Positions 10,249 to 19,510 of a stretch of 64,000 bases of DNA are shown here, one piece after another. Location of the stretch: positions 11,500 through 75,499 of the forward strand of contig JAHZIT010000042.1 of NCBI GenBank assembly GCA_022601275.1. Reading direction: 5' to 3'. Made by a program: the position numbers and the translations under genes. Position 1 is the first letter of the stretch, and each line of letters starts with the position of its first letter. This stretch comes from Actinomycetes bacterium. Its GTDB lineage: Bacteria > Actinomycetota > Actinomycetes > Mycobacteriales > Mycobacteriaceae. The notes under the pieces were generated by a model. That model was not told the origin of the DNA, did not search any database, and was given only the letters and a program-made list of their open reading frames with translations.

Positions 10249-12198
10249 GTGGCAGGGGACGGGACGCGGGGACGGGGCAGGGTCCCCGATCGCGATATCG
10301 CCGCCATCCGTGAACAGGTGAACATCGCGGATCTGGTCGGCGAATACGTTCAGCTACGGCGCGCGGGCGCGGATTCGATGAAGGGCCTTTGCCCCTTCCA
10401 CGACGAGAAGTCGCCCTCGTTCCACGTTCGGCCCAACCACGGGCACTTCCACTGTTTCGGCTGCGGTGAAGGTGGCGACGCCTACGCCTTCCTGCAGAAG
10501 ATCGAGCATGTCAGCTTCATCGAGGCGGTCGAGCTGCTCGCCGACCGTGTTGGCTACACCGTCACCTACACCGGTGGATCGACCACCAACGTTCAGCGCG
10601 ACCGGGGCAGCCGTAGCAGGCTGCTGGCCGCCAACGCCGCGGCGCAGGAGTTCTACGCCGCGGCGCTGCAGTCCGACGAGGCCGCCCAGGCGCGGCAGTA
10701 TCTGATCGAGCGTGACTTCAATGCCGACGCCGCCGCAAGGTTCGGCTGCGGATTCGCGCCATCAGGCTGGGAGACGCTGACAAAGCATCTGTTGCGCAAG
10801 GGTTTCGAGTTCAAGGAGCTTGAGGCGGCCGGCTTGTCCAGGGAGGGGCGTCGCGGCCCCATGGATCGTTTTCACCGCCGGTTGCTGTGGCCGATCCGGG
10901 CCAGCGGTGGCGAAGTTATCGGGTTCGGTGCCCGCCGGATCTTCGACGATGACCAGATGGAAGCGAAGTACGTCAACACCCCCGAGACCGTGTTGTACAA
11001 AAAGTCCAATGTGATGTTCGGCCTCGATCTGGCCAGACGCGACATCGCAAAGTCGCACCGCGCCGTGGTGGTTGAGGGCTATACCGACGTGATGGCCATG
11101 CACCTGGCCGGCGAGACGACGGCCGTCGCGTCCTGCGGGACCGCCTACGGGGACGGGCACCTTTCGCTGCTGCGGCGACTGATGATGGACGACAATTGGT
11201 ACCGCGGCGAGTTGATCTTCGTGTTCGATGGCGATGCGGCCGGTCAGGCAGCGGCGCTGAAGGCGTTCGACGGCGACCAACAGGTCGCCGGAAAGTCCTT
11301 CGTGGCAATCGCTTCCGATGGCATGGATCCGTGCGATCTGCGGCTGAAGTCCGGCGACGGCGCGCTGCGGGATCTGGTGGCTCGCCGGATCCCGATGTTC
11401 GAATTTGCGATTCGCAGTCTGATCCCCGACGGCGATGTTCTCGACAACGACCCGCAGGCACAAGTTGACGCGCTGCGCCGCTGCGTGCCGTTGGTCGCCA
11501 GGATTCGGGATTACGCGCTGCGCGACGAGTATGCACGCAGGCTCGCGGGATGGACCGGATGGAGCGACGAAGGCCAGGTGCTCAACCGGGTGCGTGAAGA
11601 GGCCAACAAGCGCGGCATGCCGATCCGGACCCGCCGTCGCGGCGCTCAGGCCGAGGCGGCCCAGTCGCCCGGGCCGCACCCTGCAGCAGAGCCCGGCGCG
11701 GTCCGGCCGGACCCCGCCGACCCCGGGCTGTGGCCGCAGCGCGAGGCGCTCAAGTCGGCGTTGCAGTATCCCGCCCTGGCCGGCCCGGTCTTCGACTCGT
11801 TGGCAGCGGAGAGCTTCACTCACGCCGGCTACGCGGCTGTTCGGTTATCGATCGAGGCCGCCGGCGGCACCTCGGCCGGAGTGACCGGCGCGCAGTGGAT
11901 CGAGGCGGTGCGGAATCAGGCTGCCTCACCCCTGGCGGCCGGTCTGGTCAATGAACTGGGCGTCGAGGCGATCAACGCCGATGACGAGAAGCTGCCGCGC
12001 TATATCGGCGGTGTGCTGGCCCGATTGCAGGAAGTGTGGATCGGCCGCCAGATCGCCGAGGTGAAGTCGAAATTGCAGCGGATGTCGCCGGTCGAACAGG
12101 GGGACGAGTATCACGCGCTGTTCGGTGACCTGGTGGCCATGGAGGGCTATCGGCGTGGGCTGCTCGAACAGGCCAGCGGTAACGACCTGACTGCATGA
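10249..12198 (+). CDS. dnaG: DNA primase
   Basis: Zinc-binding domain CPFHDEKSPSFHVRPNHGHFHCFGCGEGGD, TOPRIM motifs VVVEGYTDVMA and FVFDGDAAGQAAA. GTG start. Confidence 0.95.
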   Translation: MAGDGTRGRGRVPDRDIAAIREQVNIADLVGEYVQLRRAGADSMKGLCPFHDEKSPSFHVRPNHGHFHCFGCGEGGDAYAFLQKIEHVSFIEAVELLADRVGYTVTYTGGSTTNVQRDRGSRSRLLAANAAAQEFYAAALQSDEAAQARQYLIERDFNADAAARFGCGFAPSGWETLTKHLLRKGFEFKELEAAGLSREGRRGPMDRFHRRLLWPIRASGGEVIGFGARRIFDDDQMEAKYVNTPETVLYKKSNVMFGLDLARRDIAKSHRAVVVEGYTDVMAMHLAGETTAVASCGTAYGDGHLSLLRRLMMDDNWYRGELIFVFDGDAAGQAAALKAFDGDQQVAGKSFVAIASDGMDPCDLRLKSGDGALRDLVARRIPMFEFAIRSLIPDGDVLDNDPQAQVDALRRCVPLVARIRDYALRDEYARRLAGWTGWSDEGQVLNRVREEANKRGMPIRTRRRGAQAEAAQSPGPHPAAEPGAVRPDPADPGLWPQREALKSALQYPALAGPVFDSLAAESFTHAGYAAVRLSIEAAGGTSAGVTGAQWIEAVRNQAASPLAAGLVNELGVEAINADDEKLPRYIGGVLARLQEVWIGRQIAEVKSKLQRMSPVEQGDEYHALFGDLVAMEGYRRGLLEQASGNDLTA

Positions 12199-12225
12199 AC
12201 CGACAACAAGGGTATGGTGGAGATG

Positions 12226-12253
12226 CTGTCAGGCATAGGCTGTCGGGCATAGT
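12226..12253. repeat. 14-bp tandem duplication (ctgtcaggcatagg / ctgtcgggcatagt)
   Basis: Read directly; 28 nt downstream of the dnaG stop and just upstream of the SD of the next ORF. Confidence 0.7.
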
Positions 12254-12268
12254 TGAGAAGGTGAGCTG

Positions 12269-12571
12269 GTGATGTTAGTGAACGCGATCCGAAGCGGGGG
12301 CACCCGGTTGATTGCGGGGGCCTTCGCGGCCGCAGCCGTGGCCGTTCCGCTCTACACCGCCCTGGCCAACACGGATGCCGCACCGCAGGTGACCGCCGGT
12401 CCGGCCTGCCTGGCCTGGTTCGGCAATCAAGAAGACGGCAATTGCATGGGTTACTCCAACGGCGACGGCGTGATGATCGGCACCCCGAACGTCGGGTTCG
12501 GTCCGTACGGGCTGGGTGTCTACACCGGGCCCCTGCTCCCCGGTGGCTCTTTCTCGCGCGACTTCGGCTAG
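12269..12571 (+). CDS. small secreted Gly-rich protein (hypothetical)
   Basis: Signal-like N-terminus (TRLIAGAFAAAAVAVPLYTALANTDA), a GAAGGTGAG SD-like sequence upstream and two Cys residues. No family recognised. Confidence 0.55.
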   Translation: MMLVNAIRSGGTRLIAGAFAAAAVAVPLYTALANTDAAPQVTAGPACLAWFGNQEDGNCMGYSNGDGVMIGTPNVGFGPYGLGVYTGPLLPGGSFSRDFG

Positions 12572-12577
12572 CGGGGG

Positions 12578-12829
12578 CTAGCGGGTTTTCTCTACCGGCT
12601 GTTGCGGCTCAAAGACTTCGGTGCCGGAGTCGATCTGTGTGAGCCTTGCCATCCCCGGGTCGGGTGACACTCGATCGGCGATTTTTCGCCGCCCCGCGTC
12701 GATCACCGCCTTGGCGGCCGGGCTTCCGGTAACGGCTCTATACGTCCCGGCGATCTGTTCGTAGCGCTGCTTGCCTGCCTTGGTGCCCAGCACATAGCCC
12801 ACGGCCAAGACAGCGACATACCCGATCAC
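12578..12829 (-). CDS. small membrane-anchored conserved hypothetical (84 codons)
   Basis: GTG at 12829 is preceded by AGGAGG (complement of 12832-12840). The product VIGYVAVLAVGYVLGTKAGKQRYEQIAG... has one N-terminal TM. Size and position next to dnaG match the roughly 85-aa Rv2342 as I recall it. The longer track ORF (to 13009) is discussed under rejected items. Confidence 0.65.
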   Translation of the reverse strand: MIGYVAVLAVGYVLGTKAGKQRYEQIAGTYRAVTGSPAAKAVIDAGRRKIADRVSPDPGMARLTQIDSGTEVFEPQQPVEKTR

Positions 12830-12844
12830 GGGGCTCCTCCTAAT

Positions 12845-12928
12845 GCGATATTCGTGGACATAGCGATATTCGTGGACTAGGTGTTCGTGGACTAGGTGTT
12901 CGTGGACTAGGTGTTCGTGGACTAGGTG
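12845..12928. repeat. 15-bp tandem array: 4 perfect copies of ttcgtggactaggtg (12869-12928) plus an 18-bp variant copy (12851-12868)
   Basis: Read directly. It abuts the SD of the small membrane protein gene and lies about 150 bp upstream of tRNA-Asn on the other strand. Confidence 0.9.
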
Positions 12929-13079
12929 ACAGTCTTCTTTCGAGTTCGTTCGGCTCCCATCCTGCCTTACCCGCCGCACCGCGGGCATTGCGTGCCCGCC
13001 CGGGAGCATATTGGCACCCCGCAGCGGGGGTAAGCTAAAGTGCTCTCTGATCCGTGGCGCAACGACTGCGGCAGTGCAA

Positions 13080-13152
<73 letters not shown>

Positions 13153-13180
13153 CCGGTATTCTCGCAGGTCAATCGCCCGT

Positions 13181-14488
13181 TCATCCTTTGGCGAGGCGAC
13201 CGTCTTTGATGATCGCGGTGAAGGTCTCCTCTGGTCGGGTGATCAGCGAAATGTCGGCGACGGGGTCGCCGTCGACCAGAATCAGGTCGGCAAACGCGCC
13301 CTCGGCAACGACACCGAGCTGCCCGGGGTAGGGGTTGCGCGGTCCAGACATCGCCAGCAGTTCGGCGTTGCGGATCGTGGCTTGCTGCAGCACCTCGGCG
13401 GGAGTGAACCAGCGGGTGAGTTTCGCCAGCTGGGCACCTTGGCGGCCGGCCAGTTTGGCGTCGAACAGGGTGTCGGTTCCGAATGCCAGCTTGACCTGAT
13501 GTTTTCTCGCCAGCCTGTATGCGTTGTCGGTACCGGCAACCATCCGCAGGAACTTGGACCGGTTCGCCGGGGGCAGCGGCACTGCGTCCTCGTCGTCAAG
13601 AAGTGGCTGCAGGCACCACCAGATGTCTTTTTCGGCGAGCAGAGCGGCGGTCTCTTCGTCGATGAGGTGGCCGTGTTCGACGCAGCGGACACCGGCTGCG
13701 ACAGCGGTCCGGATCGCGCGGGGGGTGTAGGCGTGCACGGTGACGTAGGTGCCCCAGTTCTCGGCCACCTGGACCGCCGCCCGCATTTCTGCTTCGGTGT
13801 ACTGGGAGACGTCGAGCGGGTCATAGTTTGATGCGCAACCGCCGCCGGCCATGAGCTTGAGCTGCGATGCGCCGCGGCGCAGTACCTCACGCGCGCCTCT
13901 CAGCACCTCGGCTTCCCCGTCGGCGATGATTGCGGCACCGATGATTTCTGTGTAACTCAGGTTCCCGGCCACCCCTCGAGGTGTCTCATTCGGCAGCCGG
14001 AAGTCGCCGTGCCCGCCGGACTGGGAGATGAAGGCGCCCGCCGGGAAGATCCGGGGGCCGGGGATCACGTCCTCGTCGATGGCCTGTTTGATACCGAAGA
14101 CCGGGCCGCCGACATCGCGGACCGTGGTGAATCCCCGCAGTAGCGTCTCCCGGGCACCGACCACGGCCTTGGCGAACACGTAGCCGACCTCGCCGAGCAG
14201 AGCTGCATCAGTGGCAATGGTGGCGAACGTCGTATGCCAGTGCGCGTCGATCAGCCCCGGCATCAGCGTCTTGCCCGTGCCGTCGATGTCGACCTCACCC
14301 GCGAATTCGGTTGAGCCCGAGGGCGTTAGCGACGTGATCCGCCCGTCCTTGACAGCGATGTCCATCGGGCCGGTGATCCGGGCGTTCACACTGTCGAACA
14401 CATTGGCGTTGCGGATAGCGAGCTTCGGGGATTCCAACCTCGACTCCCTTGTCTCGACAGCGGCAGCTGTCAGTCGGATCGCGCTCAA
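13181..14488 (-). CDS. metal-dependent amidohydrolase family protein
   Basis: PGLIDAHWH (HxH metal site), VTVHAYT, CVEHGHLID and a GTD motif near the C-terminus (LAFGTDTL), the usual amidohydrolase_1 pattern. The exact start is uncertain. Confidence 0.8.
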   Translation of the reverse strand: MSAIRLTAAAVETRESRLESPKLAIRNANVFDSVNARITGPMDIAVKDGRITSLTPSGSTEFAGEVDIDGTGKTLMPGLIDAHWHTTFATIATDAALLGEVGYVFAKAVVGARETLLRGFTTVRDVGGPVFGIKQAIDEDVIPGPRIFPAGAFISQSGGHGDFRLPNETPRGVAGNLSYTEIIGAAIIADGEAEVLRGAREVLRRGASQLKLMAGGGCASNYDPLDVSQYTEAEMRAAVQVAENWGTYVTVHAYTPRAIRTAVAAGVRCVEHGHLIDEETAALLAEKDIWWCLQPLLDDEDAVPLPPANRSKFLRMVAGTDNAYRLARKHQVKLAFGTDTLFDAKLAGRQGAQLAKLTRWFTPAEVLQQATIRNAELLAMSGPRNPYPGQLGVVAEGAFADLILVDGDPVADISLITRPEETFTAIIKDGRLAKG

Positions 14489-14670
14489 TCAACTATGCAG
14501 TTTCCACGAATATGCGTTTCCTACAGCGCGAGGCTAACTGTAGCGTGCCGCCGACTGCGCACCCGCTGATCCGAGTTGGATTAACGCCCGCCACCTCGAC
14601 GGGAGAATACGAATGGCGGGAATCCACGTTTTCCAGACGGATTCTTCCGGCTGAGTTACGGTCTGCAATC

Positions 14671-15129
14671 ATGAATTCCTTCAACGTTTTTCTTACCCGT
14701 GCGGCTGTCGCCTCCGCGGGCATGTCAATTGCCGCCGTCGGCTTCTCCGGTATCGCGGCTGCCCAGCCTCCGCCGCCTCCGGCGCCCCCGATCAACCCGG
14801 ACGCGATACCCGCCGCCCTACTCGACACCAGTTGTTCCCTCGACCAACTATTGGCCGCAACGAAGGCTGTAGAACCCGAGACTTACCGGGCATTGGTGGA
14901 TCGGTACAACTCTGAACCGGCGTTTCTGCAACCCGCGATAATCAATCACTTGAACCTGCTGCTGGAAAAGAGCCCCGCTGATCGACAGGCTGAGGTCGAC
15001 GAGTTGGCGGTGATTTTCCCGCAATTCGTGCCGCTCTTCGCGACGTCGGAAGCGAACGCCGCGGAGATTGCGGACAAATGCCCGACATTCCCCGCCGAAG
15101 ACCCCGCACTGCTGGCACCGATTGCGTGA
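14671..15129 (+). CDS. secreted small helical protein, TB8.4 (Rv1174c)/hemophore-related type
   Basis: ATG at 14671 and a signal peptide (AAVASAGMSIAAVGFSGIAAAQP). The mature part has one Cys near the start (DTSCSLDQLLAA) and one near the end (ADKCPTF). By eye it aligns with the TB8.4 pattern INTTCNYGQVVAAL...SCNNY. The family call is from memory. Confidence 0.5.
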   Translation: MNSFNVFLTRAAVASAGMSIAAVGFSGIAAAQPPPPPAPPINPDAIPAALLDTSCSLDQLLAATKAVEPETYRALVDRYNSEPAFLQPAIINHLNLLLEKSPADRQAEVDELAVIFPQFVPLFATSEANAAEIADKCPTFPAEDPALLAPIA

Positions 15130-15148
15130 TCCCCTGAGGGTTCCGGGG

Positions 15149-15192
15149 GTCTTCACTCAGACCCCACGGAGTCTTCACTCAGATCCCACGGA
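15149..15192. repeat. 22-bp tandem duplication (gtcttcactcagaccccacgga / gtcttcactcagatcccacgga), partial third copy follows
   Basis: Read directly; it starts 20 nt after the stop of the preceding gene. Confidence 0.85.
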
Positions 15193-15361
15193 ACTCAGCC
15201 TTGGAGGGTGGTCGAGTGCCAGGCGCACCGATCCCCAAGATTGTTGTCGGTGAGCATAATTGGGCGGTTCAGCGCCGGGTTCGCCGTGTATTCCTGCCGT
15301 GCAACAGTGCGGTGGCTTTGCGGTGGGCCCCTGAACTCGCGGCGAACAGGAGTGCAATTCG

Positions 15362-16081
15362 GTGCAGGATAGGGACAGTCGTCCTCGCGTAGTCAGCAAG
15401 TCCCGGCGCTACCTACTCGGCGCGATTCCGGCGGTGGCCCTGGCGGCGGCCGCATGCGGGTCGGAGAAGTCCGACGACTCCGAAACGGCGGATGTGCCTC
15501 CTAAGCCGACGCCGGCGACGCCCGAAGAGGCGATCCAGGTGCTGAAGAGAGGCAACGAGCGCTTCAAGGCGCGAGAGCCTCAGATCCGCAGCACCGCCCA
15601 GATCGATGCCATTTGGAGCGACATCACCGACGGCCAGATGCCGTTCGCCTCGGTACTCGGTTGCGCTGACAGCCGGCTGGCGCCGGAGGTGATATTCGAC
15701 CAGTTCGTAGGTGACATCTTCGTCGTCCGGGAGGCAGGCAACATCGCTGCATCGCCGACCAACCTTGGCAGCCTGGAGTTCGGTCAGGCGGTCCTGAAGT
15801 CGAAGGCGCTGGTGGTATTCGGACATTCGGACTGTGGCGCGGTGAACGCTGCCTACACCAACGCGAGTCCTGGTGGCAACATTCAGGCGATCGTCGACAT
15901 CATCAAACCCGGGATCGTGGGCGCGTCCGACCTCGACGATGCCATCGAGCGTAACGTGCGCGCGACGATTGACACCGTGCGGAAAGACAGCCAGCTGCTC
16001 AACGAAGCCGAAAAGGCCGGAGAGATCGCGATCGCGGGAGCCGTCTACGACATCAAGACGAGCACCGTGCGATTCCTCTGA
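15362..16081 (+). CDS. beta-class carbonic anhydrase, probable Tat-exported lipoprotein
   Basis: Beta-CA zinc motifs LGCADSRLAPE and VFGHSDCGAV. The N-terminus has the twin-arginine SRRYLLGA followed by the lipobox-like LAAAAC. Confidence 0.85.
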   Translation: MQDRDSRPRVVSKSRRYLLGAIPAVALAAAACGSEKSDDSETADVPPKPTPATPEEAIQVLKRGNERFKAREPQIRSTAQIDAIWSDITDGQMPFASVLGCADSRLAPEVIFDQFVGDIFVVREAGNIAASPTNLGSLEFGQAVLKSKALVVFGHSDCGAVNAAYTNASPGGNIQAIVDIIKPGIVGASDLDDAIERNVRATIDTVRKDSQLLNEAEKAGEIAIAGAVYDIKTSTVRFL

Positions 16082-16142
16082 CTGCCCGCCAAACTTCTTC
16101 GAAGGACGCCCCGCGGCGGCGCCGGCGACCTGCCGGGCCTGC

Positions 16143-18065
16143 TCATGCGTCGGGGATGTTCTCCGGGTGCAGCATCTCGGCATAGCGCAACTGCTCAGGG
16201 ATACCGAACCCGTCGACGAGCGTCTGGGCGTGTGGCCGCAGACGCCTACAGCGGTCGTTGATACCGCGGGTAACCGCCTTGGAGCGTTCGGTGGACAGCA
16301 ACCGTTGTTCGACGAACCAGGCTTTGTCGTCTTCGATCACCGACAGCGCATATAGATCACACACCATGCCGAGGATTTCACGGGCCTCCTCGTCTTCGCA
16401 GTTCTCGATGCCGGCAACGAACGCCTCCAGAATGATGCGGTCAATGTGTGCGGTGGCGACATGCAGCACATGGTCCTGCACTGAGTTGAACGCCTCGAAC
16501 GCGCTCATCTCCTTGGATTTGCCCTGGATCCGCCGGGCGACCGAGGCCAACATGTATTCCTCGCGGTCCTCGAACATCTTCACCTGGGTGCCCCGGTTGA
16601 ACAGGCTGCCCTCCTCCTCGTTGTCCTGCCGGGTGTCCAGGACGGTCTGTATGACGGTTTGGGCTGCGGTGCGCTTCAAGACCCGCTTACCGGCGAAGTT
16701 GGCGGCGAACCGCACCCATTCGACCGGGCTCATGCCCTTGATGTCGTCGGCGTAGGCGGTCAGCAGCGACTTGGCGACCAACTGGGTGAGCACGTGGTTG
16801 TCACCCTCGAAGGTGGTGAAGACGTCGGTATCGGCCTTGAGCGCGATCAACCGGTTCTCGGCCATATAGCCTGCGCCTCCGCAGGCTTCGCGCGCTTCCT
16901 GAATGGCCCGGGTCGCATGCCAGGTGTTGGCGGCCTTGAGGCCGGCCGCCCGCGATTCCAGTTCCCGTTGTTCCTCGGCATCGGGGTCGTCGGCGGTCTG
17001 GAGCTCATGGCAGGTGCCCACCAGCTCGTTCTGGGCGAACTGCAATGCATAGGACTTAGCGATCAACGGGAGCAGTCGGCGCTGATGCACCAGGTAATCC
17101 ATGATGAGCACCTCTTGCTCGGCGCCGGGCGCTTCGAACTGTCTGCGTTGCAACGCGTATCGCGTCGCGATGTCCAGCGCCACCCGAGCCGCCGCGGCGG
17201 CACTGCCGCCGACCGTGACACGTCCGCGGACCAGGGTGCCCAGCATGGTGAAGAAGCGACGGTCGACGTTCTCGATCGGCGAGCTGTAGGTTCCGTCCGG
17301 TGCGACGTCGGCGTACTTGTTGAGCAGGTTCTCCCGGGGCACCCGTACGTGGTCGAACTGGATGCGTCCGTTGTCCACGCCCGGCAGTCCGCCTTTGTAA
17401 TTGCAGTCAGATGTGGTCACCCCGGGAAGGTCGTTGCCCTGCTCGTCGCGCATTGGCACCATCAGGCAATGCACGCCGTGGTTCTCGCCATCCGGGGTGA
17501 TCAGCTGTGCGAAAACAGCTGCCACGCGTGCAGTTCGGGCAGCACCACCGATGTAGTCCTTGCGGGATGTCACCGTGGGGGAATTGACCACAAATTCCTC
17601 GGTGGCGGGGTCGTAGGTGGCGGTGGTCTCCAGTGCCTGAACGTCGCTGCCGTGGCCGGTCTCGGTCATCGCGAAGCAGCCCAGCAGGTCGAGGTTGATG
17701 ATGCGCCGCACATAGGCCTCATGGTGGCGCTCGGTACCGAGGTTTTCGATCGCGCCGCCGAACAGGCCCCACTGCACGCCGGCCTTGACCATCAGTGACA
17801 GGTCACTCATCGCCAGCATCTCGATCCGCGTCACGGTGGCACCGACGTCGCCGTTGCCGCCGTGTTCCTTCTTGAAGCCGTCCTCGGCGGCGCCGTGGGC
17901 GGCCATGATCCGCAGCTGCTCGTCTACCTTGCTACGGGCGATGTCGGTATTCGGAGTGTAGTGCGGCGTGAAGATCGGACTCGACAGCTTCTCGCGAACA
18001 TCGTTCTTCGCGTCGCGCCAACGGCCGTCGAGGGCATTGCGGAGGTGGTCGGCAGTAGTGGTCAT
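16143..18065 (-). CDS. acyl-CoA oxidase / long acyl-CoA dehydrogenase family flavoprotein
   Basis: About 640 aa with CFAMTETGHGSDVQALETTATYD and EACGGAGYMAENR, and an extra C-terminal helical domain as in ACOX enzymes. I placed the start at ATG 18065 (MTTTADHLRNALDGRW). Confidence 0.8.
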   Translation of the reverse strand: MTTTADHLRNALDGRWRDAKNDVREKLSSPIFTPHYTPNTDIARSKVDEQLRIMAAHGAAEDGFKKEHGGNGDVGATVTRIEMLAMSDLSLMVKAGVQWGLFGGAIENLGTERHHEAYVRRIINLDLLGCFAMTETGHGSDVQALETTATYDPATEEFVVNSPTVTSRKDYIGGAARTARVAAVFAQLITPDGENHGVHCLMVPMRDEQGNDLPGVTTSDCNYKGGLPGVDNGRIQFDHVRVPRENLLNKYADVAPDGTYSSPIENVDRRFFTMLGTLVRGRVTVGGSAAAAARVALDIATRYALQRRQFEAPGAEQEVLIMDYLVHQRRLLPLIAKSYALQFAQNELVGTCHELQTADDPDAEEQRELESRAAGLKAANTWHATRAIQEAREACGGAGYMAENRLIALKADTDVFTTFEGDNHVLTQLVAKSLLTAYADDIKGMSPVEWVRFAANFAGKRVLKRTAAQTVIQTVLDTRQDNEEEGSLFNRGTQVKMFEDREEYMLASVARRIQGKSKEMSAFEAFNSVQDHVLHVATAHIDRIILEAFVAGIENCEDEEAREILGMVCDLYALSVIEDDKAWFVEQRLLSTERSKAVTRGINDRCRRLRPHAQTLVDGFGIPEQLRYAEMLHPENIPDA

Positions 18066-18185
18066 GAGACGACGGTAACCCGCAGGAAGCAGACGTAAAC
18101 CGTGATGTGGCAAAAACCGCATTCGGGGCAAACCAAGGCGATCCTGATTTCTCGGGCGCAGTTCCGCTGGGGTTCAATCAACACC

Positions 18186-18920
18186 ATGACTGAGTCAGCC
18201 GACACACCGATGTCGCCGACAGGGATGCCGCACGTCGTTGGCCACAGACACGCCGACGTCACCGGGGGATGGCTGCGGGCCGCGACGTTCGGTGCGATGG
18301 ACGGTCTGGTGAGCAACACCGCTTTGATCGCCGGCGTCGCGGCAAGCGCGTCGGCACACACGGTGGTGATCAGTGGAGTTGCCGGTCTGCTCGCCGGCGC
18401 CTTCTCGATGGCGCTGGGTGAGTACACCTCGGTGAACACCGCCAACGAGCAGATCGACTCCGAAGTGCTGGTGGAACGCAAGTCCTTCGACAGCTCTCCG
18501 AACGCAGAACGTGCCGAACTGGTTGCGATGCTGGTCCAGATGGGGATGTCGCCGCAGACCGCCGAGACCGCGACCGAGGAAATTCACCGGGACGAGAACA
18601 CGGCGTTGAATTTTCACCTGACGCAGGAACTCGGGGTGGATCCCAGAGAGAGACCGTCGCCGTGGGTGGCAGCGGTAGCGTCATTCTTTCTGTTCGCGGT
18701 CGGCGCGGTGATCCCGCTCATTCCCTATTTGCTCGGGTACGAGTCGCTGTGGGCCGGGCTGGCGTTCGGGGGTTTCGGCCTGCTGATGGCAGGCGCGGGG
18801 GCCGCACGTGTCACGCGAAAGCCGCTCTGGCTGGGCTCTGTTCGGCAACTCGCACTGGGTGCGGTCGCCATCGGCGCGACCTACTTCGTCGGCTATCTGA
18901 TCGGCGGGGTCGTCAGCTGA
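18186..18920 (+). CDS. VIT1/CCC1-family iron/manganese transporter
   Basis: GAMDGLVSNTALIAGVAAS, FSMALGEYTSVNTANE and C-terminal TM helices. I placed the start at ATG 18186. Confidence 0.8.
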   Translation: MTESADTPMSPTGMPHVVGHRHADVTGGWLRAATFGAMDGLVSNTALIAGVAASASAHTVVISGVAGLLAGAFSMALGEYTSVNTANEQIDSEVLVERKSFDSSPNAERAELVAMLVQMGMSPQTAETATEEIHRDENTALNFHLTQELGVDPRERPSPWVAAVASFFLFAVGAVIPLIPYLLGYESLWAGLAFGGFGLLMAGAGAARVTRKPLWLGSVRQLALGAVAIGATYFVGYLIGGVVS

Positions 18921-18940
18921 GCAACGGGGTCGTCAGCTGA
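18905..18940. repeat. 20-bp-period tandem duplication: cggggtcgtcagctga (18905-18920), spacer gcaa, cggggtcgtcagctga (18925-18940)
   Basis: Read directly. Copy 1 carries the VIT1 stop (18918-18920). Copy 2 carries the stop of the convergent MarR gene (tca 18933-18935). Confidence 0.9.
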
Positions 18941-19403
18941 AAGACCGCCTGTCGCCGATGGTCAGCGCGCCGGAGGCACTGGGCTTGGCGGCGTCCTCGA
19001 CGAGTTGACGCAGCACGCTGACCGCCTCGGTGAGGCGCTGCCGTTCGGGCTCGCCCAGTCGCTCCAGATAAGGGTCAACGGCGGCACCCCGATCCAGCCG
19101 CACTTGCCGTAACGTCGCGATGCCGGCCGGGGTGATCCGGATCAGCACGGCGCGCGCATCCTGCGGGTCAGGGGTGCGGGCCACCAGCCCGGCGTCCTCG
19201 AGCCGACGTACCTGAGTGGTCATCGTGGGCTGGGAACAATGGTCGAGTGCGGCCAGTTCGGAGATGCGCGTTTCGCCCTGGTCCTCGATGGTGGACAGCA
19301 GGCGGGCCTGCGCGAAGGGGATCGGCATCCGGACGCGCTGATTGGCCAGCCGATTGATCCGGGCCACCACCGAGAGCAGGTCTGCGCCGAGTGTGGAGGA
19401 CAT
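18933..19403 (-). CDS. MarR-family transcriptional regulator
   Basis: Winged HTH ISELAALDHCSQPTMTTQVRRLEDAGLVARTPDPQDARAVLIRITPAG. I placed the start at ATG 19403 (MSSTLGADLL). Confidence 0.88.
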   Translation of the reverse strand: MSSTLGADLLSVVARINRLANQRVRMPIPFAQARLLSTIEDQGETRISELAALDHCSQPTMTTQVRRLEDAGLVARTPDPQDARAVLIRITPAGIATLRQVRLDRGAAVDPYLERLGEPERQRLTEAVSVLRQLVEDAAKPSASGALTIGDRRSFS

Positions 19404-19414
19404 TTCGCCACTAT

Positions 19415-19433
19415 TGCATAGAATTTCTATGCA
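19415..19433. promoter_or_regulatory. perfect 9-1-9 inverted repeat TGCATAGAA-T-TTCTATGCA, candidate MarR operator
   Basis: Read directly. It is AT-rich and lies 12 nt upstream of the MarR start, in the divergent region toward the ECF transporter gene. Confidence 0.55.
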
Positions 19434-19510
19434 TAACAAGGTCAACTGCGGTGGCACTGGTCACACCCCGGTAGGCGGGCCCAGGACCCCACGACTGGCA
19501 GAATCATGGA

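Noticed and set aside
12578-13009. 143-aa track ORF giving an N-terminal (HLVHE)x4 His/Glu-rich repeat protein
   Set aside because: A GTG with a near-perfect AGGAGG SD at 12829 gives an 84-codon product. That product has the size and position of the conserved small protein next to dnaG. The upstream extension consists almost entirely of the 15-bp DNA repeat and low-complexity sequence. I kept it as an alternative in a finding but did not call it as the CDS.
14535-14560. IdeR iron-box upstream of the hemophore-like gene (core AGGCTAAC present)
   Set aside because: Only about 10 of 19 positions match the TTAGGTTAGGCTAACCTAA consensus when aligned on the core. That is too weak to call.
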